Virus record (IMG/VR): IMGVR_UViG_3300046692_000110
Reading direction: 5' to 3' (one strand)
Origin: a virus
DNA: 37,959 bases
Part shown: in pieces, positions 1 through 8,435 of the stretch
Layout: every line of letters begins with the position of its first letter
Position numbering within the stretch: position 1 is the first letter of the stretch
Translations under genes and position numbers: made by a program
The notes under the pieces: generated by a model
The model's input: only the letters and a program-made list of their open reading frames with translations
Told to the model about the DNA's origin: nothing
Database searches by the model: none

Positions 1-127
1 ATTTTCGGATAAGAAAAAACCACTGCGCGGCGCCGCCTTGGGTGCAGCGGCTGGCGCTACCGGTGGCGGGTTGCTGGGCGTTGGTGCGGGAGCGGCGGGA
101 GCAGGTGCTGCTGGAGCAGCAGGTGCT
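1..127. repeat. Terminal overlap, exact copy of 37833..37959 (circular or permuted genome, unique length 37,832 bp)
   Basis: The first and last 127 bases are identical by direct comparison. A coding frame runs across the junction without interruption. Confidence 0.95.
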
Positions 128-502
128 GGTGCTGGTGCTGCTGGGGCCGGTGCCGCATCCGCAGGGGCCGCTGGCGCAGGAGCTGCCGGAGCGGGCGCGG
201 GAACAGCCGCAACGACGGCCGGCGCCGCACAATCAGGGGGCCTGCTCAGTACCATGGCTGGCTATGGCGCTCAGGCCGGGCAGTACATGAAAGCTGCACA
301 GCCTTATTTGTCTGCCGCGAATACCGGCATGCAGACGGCTGGCCTGCTGACGCAAGGCCAAGGCGAACAAAGCCCTCCGCCATTGGCGCCGATGCCGCAA
401 GGCGGTGCTCAAACTTTGGGTCAGATCGCCCAAGGTGCTCAAGATCCACTTGTCGCTCGCCGTCAGCAAATGATGGCTCAACGTCGGACCATGTGGGGCT
501 GA
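2..502 (+). CDS. C-terminal part of the same Ala/Gly-rich virion protein (5' end cut by linearisation)
   Basis: It is in frame with 37783..37959. It has a roughly 60-aa poly(Gly/Ala) tract followed by a Gln-rich tail, and its stop lies next to the start of the following gene. Confidence 0.7.
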   Translation, partial: FSDKKKPLRGAALGAAAGATGGGLLGVGAGAAGAGAAGAAGAGAGAAGAGAASAGAAGAGAAGAGAGTAATTAGAAQSGGLLSTMAGYGAQAGQYMKAAQPYLSAANTGMQTAGLLTQGQGEQSPPPLAPMPQGGAQTLGQIAQGAQDPLVARRQQMMAQRRTMWG

Positions 503-503
503 T

Positions 504-1712
504 ATGGACGGACTACTCGATTTCGTGAAGACCCCAGAAGGTCAGGGCCTGTTGGCTGCCGCATTTGGCGCTGCCGCCACTGCGGGCCGCAATGGCCCAA
601 TCAACACGCTGGGCGCTGCCGGCCTGTCCGGTATTGCTGGATATTCGGCTGCCAGCTCCAACGCCATCAAGAACCAGAAAGCTCAACTGCTCCAGCAGCA
701 GCGCCAAACCATCCCGACCCTGTACGGCAAGGATGCAGACGGCAACACCACGTTCGACTGGCAGCAAGCCGCAGCACTCGGGCTTCAGCCGGACGACATC
801 GCCAAGTACGCCCAACTGCCAAATGCCACGAAGAGCAAGGTGGCGCGCACCGTTGAAGTTCCAAGCGCCGATGGCGGCAAGCAGACCATGCAGTACGACG
901 AATACGGCCGGCCAGTTGGCAACGCGATCGACTCCTATGTCGCGCCGCAACTAATTGACACGGGCGCCGCCAAACAGTTTGCCATTCCGAAAGCCGGGCA
1001 AAGCTTTGCCATGGGTATGTCACCAGCAGAGCAGGCGGCTAATGCACGAGGCTGGGCTGGCGTTAACAATCAGAGGCAGCAGAACAGCATTCTGCAGGAC
1101 GCCAACAACATCCAGCGTATGGGCCAGCGCACGCAGGTGGTGCAGGGCGGCGACGGCACCTACATGCTGATCGATAAAGGGACGGGCGAGGCGCGCCCGG
1201 CAATCACCCAATCTGGTGGGCAAATTCAGGGTGGAGCTCTGGCCGAAGCTGCGGCGAAAAATCAGAAGAACATGGGCAAGCTCGGAGAGTTGATTTTTCA
1301 GGCGCGCCAATCATTGCCGAATGCGACAGCAAGCGGTCTTGGAACAAAGGTAGATGAAGCAAACCGGTTCTTCGGGCGCACCACTACCGGCGCCAAAGAG
1401 GCCGCCAAGCTCGGCGCGATCGGCGGGAACATGCTGATGCTGATGCCGCGCATGGAGGGGCCTCAATCTAACGTCGATGTCGAAAACTACAAAACAATGG
1501 CGGGTCGAGTGGGTGACTCCACCATCCCTGCAGAAGAGCGAGCGGCCGCGATGGATGCGCTCGAGGAGATCATCGGCAGGTACAGCGGCCAACCGCAGCA
1601 AGCTCCGAAGCAGCCAGAGGCGGAAAAAGCCAGCATCGTCCGCACCGGCAAGGACGCGAACGGCCGTAAGGTGATCCAGTATTCGGACGGGAGAATCGAG
1701 TATGGCAATTGA
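504..1712 (+). CDS. Virion or internal (ejection-type) protein, 402 aa
   Basis: Long ORF tightly packed in the late operon between other structural genes. No enzymatic motif recognised. Confidence 0.6.
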   Translation: MDGLLDFVKTPEGQGLLAAAFGAAATAGRNGPINTLGAAGLSGIAGYSAASSNAIKNQKAQLLQQQRQTIPTLYGKDADGNTTFDWQQAAALGLQPDDIAKYAQLPNATKSKVARTVEVPSADGGKQTMQYDEYGRPVGNAIDSYVAPQLIDTGAAKQFAIPKAGQSFAMGMSPAEQAANARGWAGVNNQRQQNSILQDANNIQRMGQRTQVVQGGDGTYMLIDKGTGEARPAITQSGGQIQGGALAEAAAKNQKNMGKLGELIFQARQSLPNATASGLGTKVDEANRFFGRTTTGAKEAAKLGAIGGNMLMLMPRMEGPQSNVDVENYKTMAGRVGDSTIPAEERAAAMDALEEIIGRYSGQPQQAPKQPEAEKASIVRTGKDANGRKVIQYSDGRIEYGN

Positions 1713-3441
1713 TCCTAGCTCGATTCAGTGGGATGACGCGCCACAGGCTCCGCAGATCGATCCTTCCGGCATCACGTGGGATGACGCGCAGCCAGCAGCA
1801 GCGATGATGCCGGCTGCCGCTGATCCAGTTCCACCAATGGCTGTCCAGATGCCGGCGCACCAAGCTGGCCGCATGGGTACTTTACTTGATCGGCTGCCTG
1901 CCAATGCCGGAAAAGAGCTCATGGGCGATCTTGGGAACTTGGTGGCCGGTGCGGGGCGCGGGGCCAGTTCAATTGGCGCAACGCTCATGGCTCCCTACGA
2001 TATCGTCAAGGATGCCATGGCCGGCAAGGGCATGACGTTGGAGTCGAACCGTCAGCGCCGAGCGGCTGTAGACGAGATGATGTTTGCACTGGGTGCCAAT
2101 CCAGAATCGACGGCCTATAAAGGCGGCAAGCTCGGGACTGAAATCCTCGGTACGGCCGGCATGGGTGGTGCATTGGCCAACACCGCGCGCGCACTGCCTG
2201 GGGCGGCCAAGATAGAGCCATTGATTGAATCAATTGGCTCTGGTGGCTTCCGTGTAGGAGGCCTGATGGGGCTTCCAGCTTTGGCGACTCGAGGTGTTGG
2301 CGGCGCCATCACTGGCGGCGCATCGGCTGGCATTGTTAACCCGGAAGACGCGGGGCTTGGTGCAATGGTCGGCGGCGCTATCCCTGGCGCCATGTCCATC
2401 GCTGGCAACTCGGCTCGGGGTATCGGTCGGGCGCTGCGCGGCGGCGAGATCTCCCCGGAAGTCGGCATGCTGGCGAAAAAGGCACAGGATCTCGGCATTA
2501 GCGTTCCTGCCGATCGCCTCGTCAACAGCAAGCCCATGAACGCTTTGGCCGCCTCGCTTGAATACATGCCTTTCAGTGGCCGGACCGCCACCGTCGACAA
2601 GATGCAGAGCCAGCTCAATCGCGCTGTGTCACGCACCTTCGGCCAAGACTCTGACAATGTCACCATGGCCTTACGCAAGGCTCAAGGCGACCTCGGCAGC
2701 AAGTTCGACACCGTATTGCAAAACAACACGGTCAAGGTAGACCCGACATTTACTCAGGAGTTGGCAGATCACGCCCAGCGCGCCACAAGTGAGCTGGAAA
2801 GCGGGCAGGCCAACATTATCCTGAAACAGATCGAAGAGATCGCCGCTAAGGCCCCAAACGGCCAGATCGATGGGCAAGCCGCGTACAACATAAAGAAGAC
2901 CCTCGATCGTATCGGCCAGCGCAACAGTCCTGAAGCCTGGTATGCCGGCGACCTGAAAAAGTCATTAATGGGGGCACTCAATCGGTCACTTAAACCAGAG
3001 GATGCCGCCGAGTTCGCGAAGGTCCGTCAGCAGTACGGGACCATGCTCGATCTGAAAAAGATGGCGCAGAACGGCGCCGATGGGGATATCTCCATCGCCC
3101 GTCTGGCCAACATGAAGAACATCGGCAACCCAGAGTTGCAGGATCTGGCCGACATTAGTGCGCAGTTCCTGAAATCACGCGAAAGCCCGCATGGTGCCAT
3201 GCAGAGGCTTGTTCTTGGCGGGCTTGGTGCTGCTGGCGCAGGGACTGGCGCTGTGTCTCCACTGCTGTTTGGTGGTGCCGTGGCGGCAGGGCGAGGGGCG
3301 AATGCGGCCCTCAATAGCAATGCGCTACGAGACGTGCTCCTACGGGCTCCAAGTCAGGGCGGCGGCTTGCTGTCCATTGGCGCGGAAAAAGCCAACAAAG
3401 TGCTTCCTTTATTGGCGCCGCAGCTACTCAACGGCCAGTGA
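1702..3441 (+). CDS. Large virion or internal protein, 579 aa
   Basis: It overlaps the upstream stop and is Gly/Ala-rich with hydrophobic stretches. It is the last gene before a strong terminator and the fibre gene. Confidence 0.6.
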   Translation: MAIDPSSIQWDDAPQAPQIDPSGITWDDAQPAAAMMPAAADPVPPMAVQMPAHQAGRMGTLLDRLPANAGKELMGDLGNLVAGAGRGASSIGATLMAPYDIVKDAMAGKGMTLESNRQRRAAVDEMMFALGANPESTAYKGGKLGTEILGTAGMGGALANTARALPGAAKIEPLIESIGSGGFRVGGLMGLPALATRGVGGAITGGASAGIVNPEDAGLGAMVGGAIPGAMSIAGNSARGIGRALRGGEISPEVGMLAKKAQDLGISVPADRLVNSKPMNALAASLEYMPFSGRTATVDKMQSQLNRAVSRTFGQDSDNVTMALRKAQGDLGSKFDTVLQNNTVKVDPTFTQELADHAQRATSELESGQANIILKQIEEIAAKAPNGQIDGQAAYNIKKTLDRIGQRNSPEAWYAGDLKKSLMGALNRSLKPEDAAEFAKVRQQYGTMLDLKKMAQNGADGDISIARLANMKNIGNPELQDLADISAQFLKSRESPHGAMQRLVLGGLGAAGAGTGAVSPLLFGGAVAAGRGANAALNSNALRDVLLRAPSQGGGLLSIGAEKANKVLPLLAPQLLNGQ

Positions 3442-3526
3442 TGCCCTGCCAGAACCCGTAAATAACAGCCAAAACGACTAGGATGATCCCTTTCCAGATC
3501 ATGAAGTCGGTAAACGCAAAGTCCAT
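3428..3526 (-). CDS. Possible 32-aa single-pass membrane peptide (MDFAFTDFMIWKGIILVVLAVIYGFWQGITGR)
   Basis: GGAGGT lies 5 nt upstream of the ATG. The gene is convergent with the late operon. It is too short for the ORF track. Confidence 0.3.
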   Translation of the reverse strand: MDFAFTDFMIWKGIILVVLAVIYGFWQGITGR

Positions 3527-3560
3527 TAAGACCTCCGGGGCGTAACGCCCTCACTCAACT

Positions 3561-3586
3561 AAAGCCCGCCTTGTGCGGGCTTTTTT
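3561..3586 (+). terminator. Rho-independent terminator (partly bidirectional)
   Basis: GCCCGC-CTTGT-GCGGGC followed by T6, with an A-run upstream. Confidence 0.8.
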
Positions 3587-3602
3587 ATTGGGATGAAAAA
3601 AC

Positions 3603-4400
3603 ATGCCTATCCCTTCTTCGATCAATGACCTTTCGACCACTGCGGGCAGTAACAGCCCTGCAGGGTCGGAATCGCCATCGCTCATCGATGACTACCTGCG
3701 CACATATGCATCTTACATCGCCCAGTTGCGTGATGCTCCAGCTGGTATAGCACGCTATACCGCAAGCGGAAGCTTCACTGTGCCGGTGGGCATCACGACC
3801 ATCTATGTATCTGGTTGCGGCGGCGGCGGTGGCGGTGGCGCCACCTTGGCGACGAACGCCATTTCATTCGTCACGGGAGGCGGCGGCGGCGGGGCAGGTC
3901 AGCCAGCGATTCGAATTCCGATTTCCGTAACCCCTGGCCAAGTCATCCCGGTAACAATCGGTGCGGGCGGTACTGGCGGCACGGCGACGGTCAACAACGC
4001 CACCGTTGGCACCGTGACCCAGCTCGGGGCGGCCGGTTCGTTGCTGATCTTGAACGCAGGGGCAGGCGGCCTGCTGGGTGGCGGCGGCTCAACTGTCCCG
4101 AACAACTACGGCGGAGCGGCTGGCGGCGCTGGATTCCCTGGTGGCAGCCCGGCTTCAGATACCAACGCTTTCGCCGCTAACCAAGCCACAGGGGGCAACG
4201 GTGGGCAAGGTGCAAGCGGGCCATTCGGCGCAGCTGGGCCAGTATCACGCGGTTCAAGCGGCAGCAGCCTTGCTGGATCTACCGGTCACGGTTATGGGGC
4301 TGGCGGCGGCGGGGCAGGCGGTGCATATGTGTCAGCAGCTCCAGCCCCTGGCGCAAACGGCGGCAACGGTCTTCCTGGCATTCTTATTATTGAGTGGTGA
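3603..4400 (+). CDS. Tail fibre protein with a glycine-rich C-terminal domain
   Basis: The N-terminus MPIPSSINDLSTTAGSNSPAGSESPSLIDDYLRTYASYIAQLRD matches a common fibre N-terminal signature. Poly-Gly blocks follow, and the protein ends in GILIIEW. Confidence 0.75.
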   Translation: MPIPSSINDLSTTAGSNSPAGSESPSLIDDYLRTYASYIAQLRDAPAGIARYTASGSFTVPVGITTIYVSGCGGGGGGGATLATNAISFVTGGGGGGAGQPAIRIPISVTPGQVIPVTIGAGGTGGTATVNNATVGTVTQLGAAGSLLILNAGAGGLLGGGGSTVPNNYGGAAGGAGFPGGSPASDTNAFAANQATGGNGGQGASGPFGAAGPVSRGSSGSSLAGSTGHGYGAGGGGAGGAYVSAAPAPGANGGNGLPGILIIEW

Positions 4401-4405
4401 GTGAT

Positions 4406-4942
4406 ATGGGCAGGTATGCATTGATCGAAGAAGCCACGCACCTAGTTACAGGGGTGGTCATGTGGGACGGAACCGTCGAATCTGGTTGGGCTCCGCCTGA
4501 GGGGTTCCTTGCAATTGAATTACCAGAAGACAGTACCGTTGGCTTTGGCTGGTCGTACGTAAACGGTGTGTTTGTTGCGCCTCCAGAGCCAGAAGTACCA
4601 CCGCCAACCTATGCCGAAATTCTCGCCGCTCAAAGCTCAAAGCTAGTCGGGTTCAAACAGCTCGCCGAGGCCCAGAAGGCTGCACTCACCAAGCGCATCG
4701 CCATCCTTCAGGACTCCATGGACTATGTCGGCGTCGAGGGTATGGAAGAGTTTGCGGCAACACCCGAAGAACAGGCGGAGTTCGTCCTGCGCAAAGCCCA
4801 ATACACCAGGTGGAAGAACTACGCAATCTTACTGGGGAGGGTGACTACCCAAGCAGGCTGGCCAACCACAGTGACATGGCCAGTCCAGCCAAGTGACGGC
4901 ATGGATCTCACCGTGTCCTCGCTGGCACCGCCAACTGCATAG
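4406..4942 (+). CDS. Hypothetical protein, possible tail fibre assembly or chaperone protein
   Basis: The ATG at 4406 follows the fibre stop. The functional suggestion rests on position only. Confidence 0.5.
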   Translation: MGRYALIEEATHLVTGVVMWDGTVESGWAPPEGFLAIELPEDSTVGFGWSYVNGVFVAPPEPEVPPPTYAEILAAQSSKLVGFKQLAEAQKAALTKRIAILQDSMDYVGVEGMEEFAATPEEQAEFVLRKAQYTRWKNYAILLGRVTTQAGWPTTVTWPVQPSDGMDLTVSSLAPPTA

Positions 4943-4972
4943 TTGATCGGCCATAGCTGCATATTGATCTGT

Positions 4973-4994
4973 CCGGCGAATTGCCGGTTTTTTT
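4973..4994 (+). terminator. Rho-independent terminator
   Basis: CCGGC-GAATT-GCCGG followed by T7. Confidence 0.7.
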
Positions 4995-5010
4995 ATGCCT
5001 GGAGAAAGAC

Positions 5011-5592
5011 ATGCTCGATATCTGCAAGGCGCTCGCTCAGTGGGTCTTCCTGCTGGTGTCGAACGTGGTTCTCGACCTGTTGGGGCTGTTCGTTGTAGCG
5101 GCAGCCATTCCTTTCCGTGTTCCAGACGTCAGCGGCAGCGATGGTCGCCCGATCGTTAATTTGCCGCGCTGGGTGTGGCTGTTCGGCAACGACTATGACG
5201 GCTTGCTCGGAGATAAACGTGGGTGGTGGGCGGCCAATACGCCATTTGGATGGCCGGTCGATTCGTTCTGGGCGATGTGGTGGTGGGCCGCGATCCGTAA
5301 TCCAGTCAACAACATGCGTTTCGTCAAGCTTTGGCAGGCGCCCGTGGCAGGCAGCACGATCACTTATCGCGGGGACTACACCGTCGAAGATCATCCCGGC
5401 CAAGCCGGCTGGCAATTCGTGATTGTCGAGAACGGCGGAAAGCACTGGTATGGCTTCTATTGGGTTCACCAGTGGAGCGAGACCCGGGCATTCGTCGTTC
5501 GCATCGGCTTCAAGGTCAAGCCCAGTCACGCCGGAACCACCGAAGAAACGAAGGGCATGACGACCAAAATCAATCCGTACAAGGCGATTTGA
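5011..5592 (+). CDS. Membrane-anchored Trp-rich protein of unknown function
   Basis: GGAGAAAGAC precedes the ATG. The N-terminal segment VFLLVSNVVLDLLGLFVVAAAIPF is hydrophobic. It lies directly upstream of the endolysin. Confidence 0.65.
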   Translation: MLDICKALAQWVFLLVSNVVLDLLGLFVVAAAIPFRVPDVSGSDGRPIVNLPRWVWLFGNDYDGLLGDKRGWWAANTPFGWPVDSFWAMWWWAAIRNPVNNMRFVKLWQAPVAGSTITYRGDYTVEDHPGQAGWQFVIVENGGKHWYGFYWVHQWSETRAFVVRIGFKVKPSHAGTTEETKGMTTKINPYKAI

Positions 5593-5593
5593 C

Positions 5594-6145
5594 GTGCCGA
5601 TAACCGCCCAGCAGTTACTGCAAATCCTCCCGAGCGCCGGCAAACAAGCCGGCGTTTTTGCGTCTGCACTGAATTTGGCTATGGATCGGTTCCAAATCAA
5701 CACGCGTCTGAGGATGGCGGCGTTCATCGCGCAGGTCGGCCATGAGTCTGGGCAATTCCGATATGTGAAGGAACTAGGTGGCGACCAGTACCTGAGCAAG
5801 TACGACACAGGAACGCTGGCAAAGCGGCTTGGAAACACGCTGGAGGCTGATGGGGACGGGCAGAAATATCGCGGGCGTGGCCTGATTCAGGTCACTGGGC
5901 GCGACAACTACTTGGCATGCAGCAAGGCGCTGTTCGGTGACGATCGTTTGTTGCGGACGCCGGAACTGCTCGAGCAGGCCGAGTGGGCCTGCAAATCGGC
6001 GGCGTGGTTCTGGAATTCAAGAAATCTGAACGCCTTGGCCGATTCTCAAGATTTTGTAGGAGTAACGAAGCGCATCAACGGCGGGGTCAATGGCTTGACC
6101 GAACGGCAAGCCTTTTACAGTGCAGCACTGAAAGTGCTGGCTTAG
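5594..6145 (+). CDS. Endolysin, glycoside hydrolase family 19 (chitinase class I-like)
   Basis: Motifs AAFIAQVGHESG, YRGRGLIQVTGRDNY and INGGVNGLTER are present. Confidence 0.9.
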   Translation: MPITAQQLLQILPSAGKQAGVFASALNLAMDRFQINTRLRMAAFIAQVGHESGQFRYVKELGGDQYLSKYDTGTLAKRLGNTLEADGDGQKYRGRGLIQVTGRDNYLACSKALFGDDRLLRTPELLEQAEWACKSAAWFWNSRNLNALADSQDFVGVTKRINGGVNGLTERQAFYSAALKVLA

Positions 6146-6276
6146 AAATTATGCGGCAGTGAAATGGTTCTGCGGTCTTGGCTTTGCGATTGATCAGATC
6201 GATCCGCCAAGATGCTGCCCATCACTAGTAGCACAAACCCCGCGCCGCCCCGGGGCCTCACTTATGAGTATACAAC

Positions 6277-6792
6277 ATGCCTCAAATCTGGATACGCCTC
6301 CTTCCTTATATAGCTGCGGTGCTGTTGGTGGCCGCCGCGCTGTTCGGCGTCTACCACCACGGCGTGAGTGTCACAAACGCAACATGGCAGGCGCAATGGA
6401 ACGCTCGAGACACCAGGGACGGCCTGGCCAAGGCCGAAAACGAGGCCTCCGCCCGGGCACAGGAGCAGGCCTATCAGCAATCAATCAACAAGGCGGTGCA
6501 AGATGGCCAACGACTCATCGATCAAGCAACTACTGACGCTGTTGCCGCTCGCAATTCTGCTGACAGCCTGCGCGGAGCAGCCGACAGCCTTACCGCTCGC
6601 CTCGCAGCCAGTCAAGCAAGCGGCAATTCCTGCACTGCCGCCGCAAGCAAGGCAGCTACCAGCGCCGCAATGGTGCTTGCCGACGTGCTTAAGCGCGCTG
6701 ACCAGCGAGCGGGCGACCTGGCTGAAGTTGCTGACCAAGCCAGAGCCCGCGGAGTGACATGCGAGCAGGCTTACGACGGGTTGGGGAAATAG
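6277..6792 (+). CDS. Rz: i-spanin (Rz-like)
   Basis: N-terminal transmembrane segment followed by an Ala/Gln-rich coiled coil. It follows the endolysin and contains an embedded lipoprotein ORF. Confidence 0.8.
   Translation: MPQIWIRLLPYIAAVLLVAAALFGVYHHGVSVTNATWQAQWNARDTRDGLAKAENEASARAQEQAYQQSINKAVQDGQRLIDQATTDAVAARNSADSLRGAADSLTARLAASQASGNSCTAAASKAATSAAMVLADVLKRADQRAGDLAEVADQARARGVTCEQAYDGLGK
6503..6757 (+). CDS. Rz1: o-spanin (Rz1-like lipoprotein) embedded in the +1 frame of Rz
   Basis: MANDSSIKQLLTLLPLAILLTAC carries a lipobox, followed by a Pro-rich mature part. The ORF lies entirely inside Rz. Confidence 0.75.
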   Translation: MANDSSIKQLLTLLPLAILLTACAEQPTALPLASQPVKQAAIPALPPQARQLPAPQWCLPTCLSALTSERATWLKLLTKPEPAE

Positions 6793-6907
6793 TGAATCCA
6801 CCAGAATTATTGGTTTACTCGGCGCAACGACAAATGTTACCGAAATGCCTCGGCGGTTAGCGGTTTATAGCTCGATGAGGCAGACCGACTCCCGGCAAAT
6901 TGATTGG

Positions 6908-6938
6908 TGGGGGAAATTTGGTGCAATCATTCCCCCAA
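6908..6938. promoter_or_regulatory. Putative integrase arm-type sites, left arm (TGGGGGAAAT and inverted ATTCCCCCAA)
   Basis: The same 9-10-mers recur at 7141-7183 on the other side of the tRNA-like core. Confidence 0.45.
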
Positions 6939-7021
6939 ATCATGTGGAAAGGTATTGTGTCGGTATGCGTCGAAAGTTAGGCCCTGAAGGGGGTCGCTGG
7001 AATTTCGCCCAATGATCATTT

Positions 7022-7093
7022 GGGCTGAAAACGGATTCGAAATCCGTTGTACCTTCACCGGTACCTAGGGTTCGAATCCCTATCTCTCCGCCA
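7022..7093 (+). other. attP core: 3' portion of tRNA-Ser(CGA), from the D-loop to CCA, not a complete tRNA
   Basis: Anticodon arm ACGGA-TTCGAAA-TCCGT, long variable arm GTACC/GGTAC, T-arm TAGGG-TTCGAAT-CCCTA, and 3' acceptor TCTCTCCGCCA are present. No GGAGAGA 5' acceptor lies upstream. Confidence 0.8.
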
Positions 7094-7101
7094 TATTTAA
7101 A

Positions 7102-7135
7102 GGCCCCGAGTGCTTAACCGCCCCGGGGCTTTTTT
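7102..7135 (+). terminator. Hairpin plus T-run after the tRNA-like segment
   Basis: GGCCCCG...CGGGGCT followed by T5. Confidence 0.6.
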
Positions 7136-7140
7136 GTATT

Positions 7141-7183
7141 TGGGGGAAATCTGGGGGAATGGCTTCTCTTGCGATTCCCCCAA
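7141..7183. promoter_or_regulatory. Putative integrase arm-type sites, right arm (TGGGGGAAAT, TGGGGGAAT, inverted ATTCCCCCAA)
   Basis: The repeats match those at 6908-6938. Confidence 0.45.
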
Positions 7184-7203
7184 GCACCCGCCAATATCCG
7201 CCA

Positions 7204-8181
7204 ATGGCCTATTACGAGAAACGCGGTGACGCCTGGCGAGCCCAGATCCGTCGCAAAGGATACCCGACACTTTCAGCCACCTTCGACACCAAGGCAGAAG
7301 CCCAGCGATGGGCCGCCGAGATCGAGGGTGACATGTCACGCTCGAGATTCGTCGACACGCGCGAGGCAGAGAGCACTACGCTCGATGAGGCCTTAACGCG
7401 GTACGTTAACGAGGTCAGTGAATCGAAGAAAGGTTCGGCGCAGGAGAAGGTCAGGGCCAAGAAGTGGCAGAAGTCGGAATGGGCTTCGACGTCACTGGCC
7501 GCGATCCGCTCCAGCGACATGGCCGCATACCGCGACGCCGAGCTCAAGGCCGGCAAGTCCACAGCAACAGTCCGGCTCAATCTGGCGCTGATCAGCCACC
7601 TTTATACGGTTGCCGCAAAGGACTGGGGGATTCAAGGACTGAAAAACCCGTGCACCGCTATTCGGATGCCGAAGGGCAGCAAGCAGCGGGAGCGACGGCC
7701 GAGCACTGCGGAGCTGAAGTCGCTTTACAAGCATGCCGGCGAAGTGAACGCCGAGATGCCTGTGATTATTGAGCTGGCAGTTGAGACGGCCATGCGCCGG
7801 TCAGAACTGGTGATGCTCAGGAAAGATCAAATCAGGGGGAGAGTTGCATTCCTCGAAGACACGAAGAACGGCGAGCGCCGGTCCGTCCCGCTATCGAAGC
7901 GAGCGGTGGAGCTCCTGGAGGGATTGCCGACGCCAATTGACGGCGGTAGGTTCTTTCACTTGAAGCTGGACAGCGTGAGCAACTATTTCGCGCTGGCATG
8001 CGAGGCGGCGAAGATCAAAGACCTCCGCCTTCACGATATGCGCCATGAGGCGACGAGCCGCCTGTTCGAGCGGGGGCTTTCGGTAATGGAGATTGCGTCC
8101 ATCACTGGCCACAAAACCCTGTCCCAGTTGAAGCGGTACACGCATTTGTGCCCGAACGACCTCGCCGAGAAGCTGGGGTAG
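7204..8181 (+). CDS. int: Tyrosine recombinase, phage integrase
   Basis: The C-terminus HDMRHEATSRLFERGLSVMEIASITGHKTLSQLKRYTH contains the R-H-R-Y catalytic set. The gene is adjacent to the tRNA-derived attP. The ATG at 7204 (MAYYEKRGDAW) is preferred over the ORF-track start. Confidence 0.92.
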   Translation: MAYYEKRGDAWRAQIRRKGYPTLSATFDTKAEAQRWAAEIEGDMSRSRFVDTREAESTTLDEALTRYVNEVSESKKGSAQEKVRAKKWQKSEWASTSLAAIRSSDMAAYRDAELKAGKSTATVRLNLALISHLYTVAAKDWGIQGLKNPCTAIRMPKGSKQRERRPSTAELKSLYKHAGEVNAEMPVIIELAVETAMRRSELVMLRKDQIRGRVAFLEDTKNGERRSVPLSKRAVELLEGLPTPIDGGRFFHLKLDSVSNYFALACEAAKIKDLRLHDMRHEATSRLFERGLSVMEIASITGHKTLSQLKRYTHLCPNDLAEKLG

Positions 8182-8183
8182 CA

Positions 8184-8435
8184 TCAAACCACCCCGCGCA
8201 GTGTCGGCGGCGGCAACCGCTTCCGCCCAACCTTCACCGCTTTGTTCTCACCATCCCGACAGGCCAGTAGAAAGGCCAGCACGTCCCGCCTCAGCCAGCA
8301 GTGCCTGGTTCCCATCTTGAAGCTCTTGGGCAGCCAGTCCACGCCCCGGCGCATTCCCTCTCTGACCGACGCCTCAGTTCGGCCAAGCATCTTGCCCAGC
8401 CCCTCTACGTAAATGATTTCGGATTCGTCGGTCAT
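8184..8435 (-). CDS. xis: Excisionase or AlpA-like small DNA-binding protein
   Basis: 83 aa, with an HTH-like LGKMLGRTEASVREGMRRG segment and a conserved Trp. It lies next to int at the end of the leftward operon. Confidence 0.6.
   Translation of the reverse strand: MTDESEIIYVEGLGKMLGRTEASVREGMRRGVDWLPKSFKMGTRHCWLRRDVLAFLLACRDGENKAVKVGRKRLPPPTLRGVV

Noticed and set aside
1-127. Physical direct terminal repeats or cos ends
   Set aside because: The exact 127-bp identity at the contig ends, with an ORF reading through the junction, is best explained by circular assembly overlap. No independent evidence for termini exists here.
3815-4404. Alternative-frame ORFs (121 and 108 aa) inside the Gly-rich fibre gene
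   Set aside because: They are by-products of GGC/GGT-rich repeats (Arg/Trp-rich translations). The fibre frame has a recognisable N-terminal signature.
4993-5838. 281-aa minus-strand ORF opposite the membrane protein and endolysin
   Set aside because: It is a shadow frame. The endolysin motifs on the + strand are unambiguous.
6159-6536. 125-aa ORF between the endolysin and Rz as a holin candidate
   Set aside because: It has no hydrophobic segments, is Arg/Pro-rich, and overlaps the Rz start in another frame.
6961-7093. A complete tRNA gene
   Set aside because: Only the D-loop-to-CCA portion is present. No 5' acceptor (GGAGAGA) or D-stem can be found upstream, so this is an attP fragment and not a functional tRNA.
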